In this document: positions 60,001 through 64,000 of the stretch, one piece after another
How positions within the stretch are numbered: position 1 is the first letter of the stretch
Layout of the letters: each line of letters starts with the position of its first letter
Assembly: GCA_964035545.1 (NCBI GenBank)
Contig: OZ037769.1
Location: 1,860,001-1,924,000, forward strand
Direction: 5' to 3'
Length of the DNA stretch: 64,000 nucleotides
DNA from: Bugula neritina
Taxonomy: Eukaryota; Animalia; Bryozoa
Program-made: the position numbers and the translations under genes
The notes under the pieces: generated by a model
Told to the model about the DNA's origin: nothing
Database searches by the model: none
Seen by the model: only the letters and a program-made list of their open reading frames with translations

Positions 60001-63000
60001 CAGTGATATAAATGTGTTTGGCAAGCACAAATTTGTATGTGAGAATATCATTATCATAGCCTTTATTATGCACTTGCACACCACCATCATTGGTATGTCA
60101 TATTAAAGGATTGCTCAATCTTAGTTTATTACAATCACATTATAATTATGAACTATAATCTAATGTGTATGCAAACAATTGTGACTTTGCAAAGGGATAT
60201 GTGCCTAGAAAACAGCTTTTCAAAATTCCAATTTTGAGGGAGGTAAAATTTTCAGCCATGAAAAAGAATAGCCTAATACGTGACGTGTGAACGCCAGTAA
60301 CTATGCTGCACGTGCTAACTATAACGCTAGTATTCAAGGTTGCTGAGCACAACATCAACCAATAACGCTCAAGCAGTTACAGTGCGCTATATAGGTCAGC
60401 TTTGGTGTGCCCGTAACATTGCACAATCTGGCTTAGTTTAGATCGATCGCAGGCATTCATCCTAAAGAATGCATGTTTTTGCAATGCTTTTTTCTAATGT
60501 TTACAAGCAAAATATGGCCTAATGTTATTACATACATGTTATTTAAAATGTCAAAAAACTATAGATTGAGATAATTCACATTTGCACTTCTATAAATATA
60601 CAAATTACGAGCTGAAAGATTACATCTCACAGTCATATTTCTATAGTTATTCATTTGTATAGTCACGTGACCAGCAGGAATGCTGGCGCTGTTACGTCAC
60701 ATTTCCCAGCTCATTTCAAAATTGGCGTTTTGGCTGTTACCAATCTACACCCTCAACTTTAACTAACTTTTTCTACCTTTGGTCAAATGCTTTTTGTCAA
60801 TGCATGCTTAGAAAAACACAATATTATGTGTGTTTGACCTAAATGGCCATTTATTAGACAAGATAGAGCAATCCTTTAAATGTTGTTTTGCCAAATTGAT
60901 GAACTTTTAACTTAAGAAACTCAACTTTGCTTTCAATCCCCATTTCTGTGAAAACCTTCAATATGTTGCCTAAGAACTTTTTCTTTCATGCCTGCAACAA
61001 CGCTTGAGAAAATTTTCTTTTTCCGTAATACAAGAGCTACGATAATCGAATACCCAACATTGAGCATTAAAGAACATTTCAATGTCGAAATGTTGAACAA
61101 AATTTAAATTAAAAGCCATAAAATTAAAGCAACTTTATAACTGAGTGGAGCATTTAATTTGCCTACTGCTGTCTGCTAATTTTAAACTAAATAGAATAAA
61201 TATTCATCTTTTAAACTTTTCCTTTTATAGTCCTACATCTTAGAGAAGGTATTGACCGCAATAGAAGAGCAAGACGATATCAACTATGGGTATCAGATTT
61301 TCTTATTTTTCCTGATGTTACTTTTCTCTGTAATGAAAACGTTCCTCTTCTCCTCGGTCTTTCTCACAGGAAGTGTAGCAGGTATGAGGCTGACGAGGCA
61401 CACATACATGGGAAGATAATTCCTATTTTACCTTTATTTTGTCAAGTGTTATGAAGCATGTTTTTTATGTTACACAAAATAGAAAATTCAAATACTGTAA
61501 ACTAATGTTAACTTTAAGTTTAAAGATGTACAAGCTTGCTACATGCATCTTTTCACGTAAGAAAGAGGTTATGGAAATAATCAGTAGGTTGAATGAGTTG
61601 TACCAGAGCCAAAATTTTAGTTTTAAGGTGAATCTTACTTTCATAAGGAAACAGCTTTAATATAGAATCAGATACAGTTTGTTCTCATGATGTTGCAAGA
61701 TGTTCTTTTAATTGATAAATCTAGAGTAACTGTCGTTTTACTCTAACGGTTGACAATAAACATGCGTTAGGCTACACTCTCGGTTTAAATTTTAGGAATC
61801 AGAGCAAGATCTGGGGTGTTGTCTTTCCTGTTTCAAAAGATTCTGAGAAGTCACCATCACTCAGTTTCTACTGGAGAAGTTAGTATACTAAGAGTGCTTA
61901 GCCTCAGTAACCTTCAGATCTGTTTCATGAAATAGTGGGTGTCATATGAGTAGTTCAAACTGCTTGTTTAGACCTCAATAACTTAATTTTTTTTTAATGA
62001 AAGTACATTAAATTTTAGAAACAGCACCAAATAAAATATTAGGAAGAGAATTTGAGTTGCTTCTGCAAGTAAGCTTAAAAATAACTGCGTCACACAATAA
62101 AACCTTTTATTACGATTTTTAAAAATCAAAGTAGATTGTAAGTTGACAAAAGAATAGTTAAGAAATTGTCTATACTTTGCCAGGGATATGCTTCTATGAG
62201 TGTTGGAGATTTATAGAGATTTTTAGAGATTTATAGAGATTTTTAGAGATTTTTAGAGATACCTATCCAGTGATGTTTCAATGTAAACTTAAAAGCTGAA
62301 AAATACATTTCAAATAATATTAACGGCAAAGCATTTTGTATATAGTTGATCAACCTATGTGCCAGTGATGGACAGAGAATATATGACGGTATATTAATTG
62401 CTCCGATGTTGTTCACAGCTGTGCCAATAGTAGGAGTAGCTGTTTATTCTACCTACCTACTAGGTTACTGGGGTCTACTTGGGTTTGCAGTTGTATTTGG
62501 ATCTATTCCCTTTAAGGTTAGTACAATAAATAATTTTTATTTTTTTATTAAGTTATAAACAAAATGGCTGCTATATAGCTGTGTATGAAACTTTATTCTT
62601 TTGCAGCGCTTATTTGCTAAGCATTGTACTTTTTCATCAAAAATTAAAACAAAATGATCATATAAATTGCTGAATATTGTTTTAAATTTTTGTGTTTTGA
62701 AGACTATAGTGATAAATGTCAAAAATTAGAAGTTGAGGAAAGCAGAATATCAGAAAATAAAGCAAAAATAGATTGATATAAACAGAATTTCAGCATAAAT
62801 GTTACAAGATATTCTCATAGTAATAGTGTGAAATTTCTCCAAAACGAAATCTGCACAAATTACAACTTCATTTTGTTTTCTATGATATGTTTCGCTAACA
62901 CACCTTGCATAGACTCATTCTATATGACAGATACTTTGCTATGTATCACACAGTCCTAGTTACAGTATTCTGATAAAGGATCTTGTAAACAAGTTTCAAT

Positions 63001-64000
63001 TAAAACTAATTTTTACACAATTCAACTACAATTTTCACTAAAAAACCTTTTTTTAATTCATCAAGTAAGAAACTAATACAGTATATTTGTAGATGCAGTT
63101 AGTTAAAATGATTTATCATCTGCGAACAATAGTAGTCCAGAGAACAACAGAGCGAGTAAAATTGGTAGGGGAGATAATTCCATCTGTAAAGCTTATCAAG
63201 ATGTATGCATGGGAGGAACCTTTTACTGATAAATTAAATGGTAAGCCAAAAATACTGACTTTTGTACAAAATTTCCCCATTCATTTTTTATAATTTGCTG
63301 ATTTTTATTGGAATTTTGATGACTTAGAGGTGAGGAAAAAAGAAAGCAAGTCTTTGAAGAATCTTCTGATCGCACAGAGTTTGATGCTGTCAATCTCTCA
63401 GATGGTGCCGATATTTGCCACAGCGCTGACTTTGCTTGCAATGAAAGTCTTTAAGGCTGACTTCTCTCTTTTGCAGGTATGAAACTTGCATGTTACCTTG
63501 TAACAATACATTATTATATTTTTACCAATCTATATTAGTTTGCTTAGGCTTTCCTCAACATGAGTAATCTTCTTTGAGGTGTGCTTTTAATTACCTTCAA
63601 TGCTTTGGATTTCTTCTGGTCAAGACAGGCAACCGCATGAAATTTGATTTTGACAAATTTGTTTTTGCATGCAAATCTTTCTGTTCTGATAATACAAGAG
63701 TATATTATTTATATATTGATTCATATTAAATTCATAAAATCTGTGATATTTAAATACATCTCTCTAGTATGCACTTTTACAGGCATTCATATACGTGTCT
63801 ATTATCAACAGTCTACGGTTAGCACTAGGTCACATTCCTTTCTGTTTGAGAGCAATAAGTGAGGCTGTCAACGCTTGTTCCAGATTGAAGGTAATTCTGA
63901 TAAATCTATGTTGGTAAGACAACTTCTGTTTTGAATTTAGTAAATTAAAATATAGCACTCATTTGACAGTTATATGCATCTTTTTAGGATATGTTAATTG
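57048..64000 (+). CDS. ABCC5: ABCC5-like transporter, copy 2, 5' part (continues beyond the window)
   Basis: Exons 57048-57142, 58055-58213, 59639-59786, 61231-61381, 61796-61878, 62346-62516, 63093-63240, 63328-63476, 63783-63890 and 63988 onward. Exons 2-9 have the same lengths and phases as copy 1, and all sites are GT-AG. Confidence 0.9.
58197..58587 (+). repeat. 30 bp splice-donor minisatellite (ABCC copy 2 intron 2, ~13 units)
   Basis: Unit GAATATA(A/G)TTGTAT(A/G)CTGTAAGTTATATAT; it explains the spurious ORF at 58257..58565. Confidence 0.95.
62205..62260. repeat. 10 bp tandem repeat GAGATTT(A/T)TA
   Basis: About five units seen directly. Confidence 0.85.

Noticed and set aside
60240-60740. 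GC/CpG-richer intronic segment, possibly a transposon remnant
   Set aside because: No convincing terminal repeats, TSD or coding remnant could be identified by eye.

Overview
AT-rich, intron-dense animal (probably invertebrate) genomic DNA; the species cannot be determined from the sequence. All host genes are on the + strand, and all belong to tandemly duplicated families. (1) Two NSF (vesicle-fusing AAA+ ATPase) paralogs lie in a ~10 kb tandem duplication. Copy 1 is canonical. Copy 2 keeps an intact reading frame but has a D1 pore-loop YVG->HVG change, a rapidly diverged D2 segment, a new exon and a stop-loss C-terminal extension. (2) Four small 4-exon genes encode type I membrane proteins with a signal peptide, a basic Ser/Gly/Arg low-complexity tract, a conserved Ala/Gly/Val motif, a six-cysteine Shisa-like domain, a TM helix and a very short tail. 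Their N-terminal layout recalls PrP/Shadoo. (3) Two ABCC5/MRP5-like ABC transporters follow: the first is complete (29 coding exons, one with non-canonical splice sites) and the second is cut by the window end. Also present are a 5'-truncated CR1/L2-type LINE, a LINE 3' end with a long (CA)n tail, a 762 bp TIR element, a tRNA-like dimer and several micro- and minisatellites, some built from splice-donor junctions. Exon structures were read manually and need RNA-seq confirmation.
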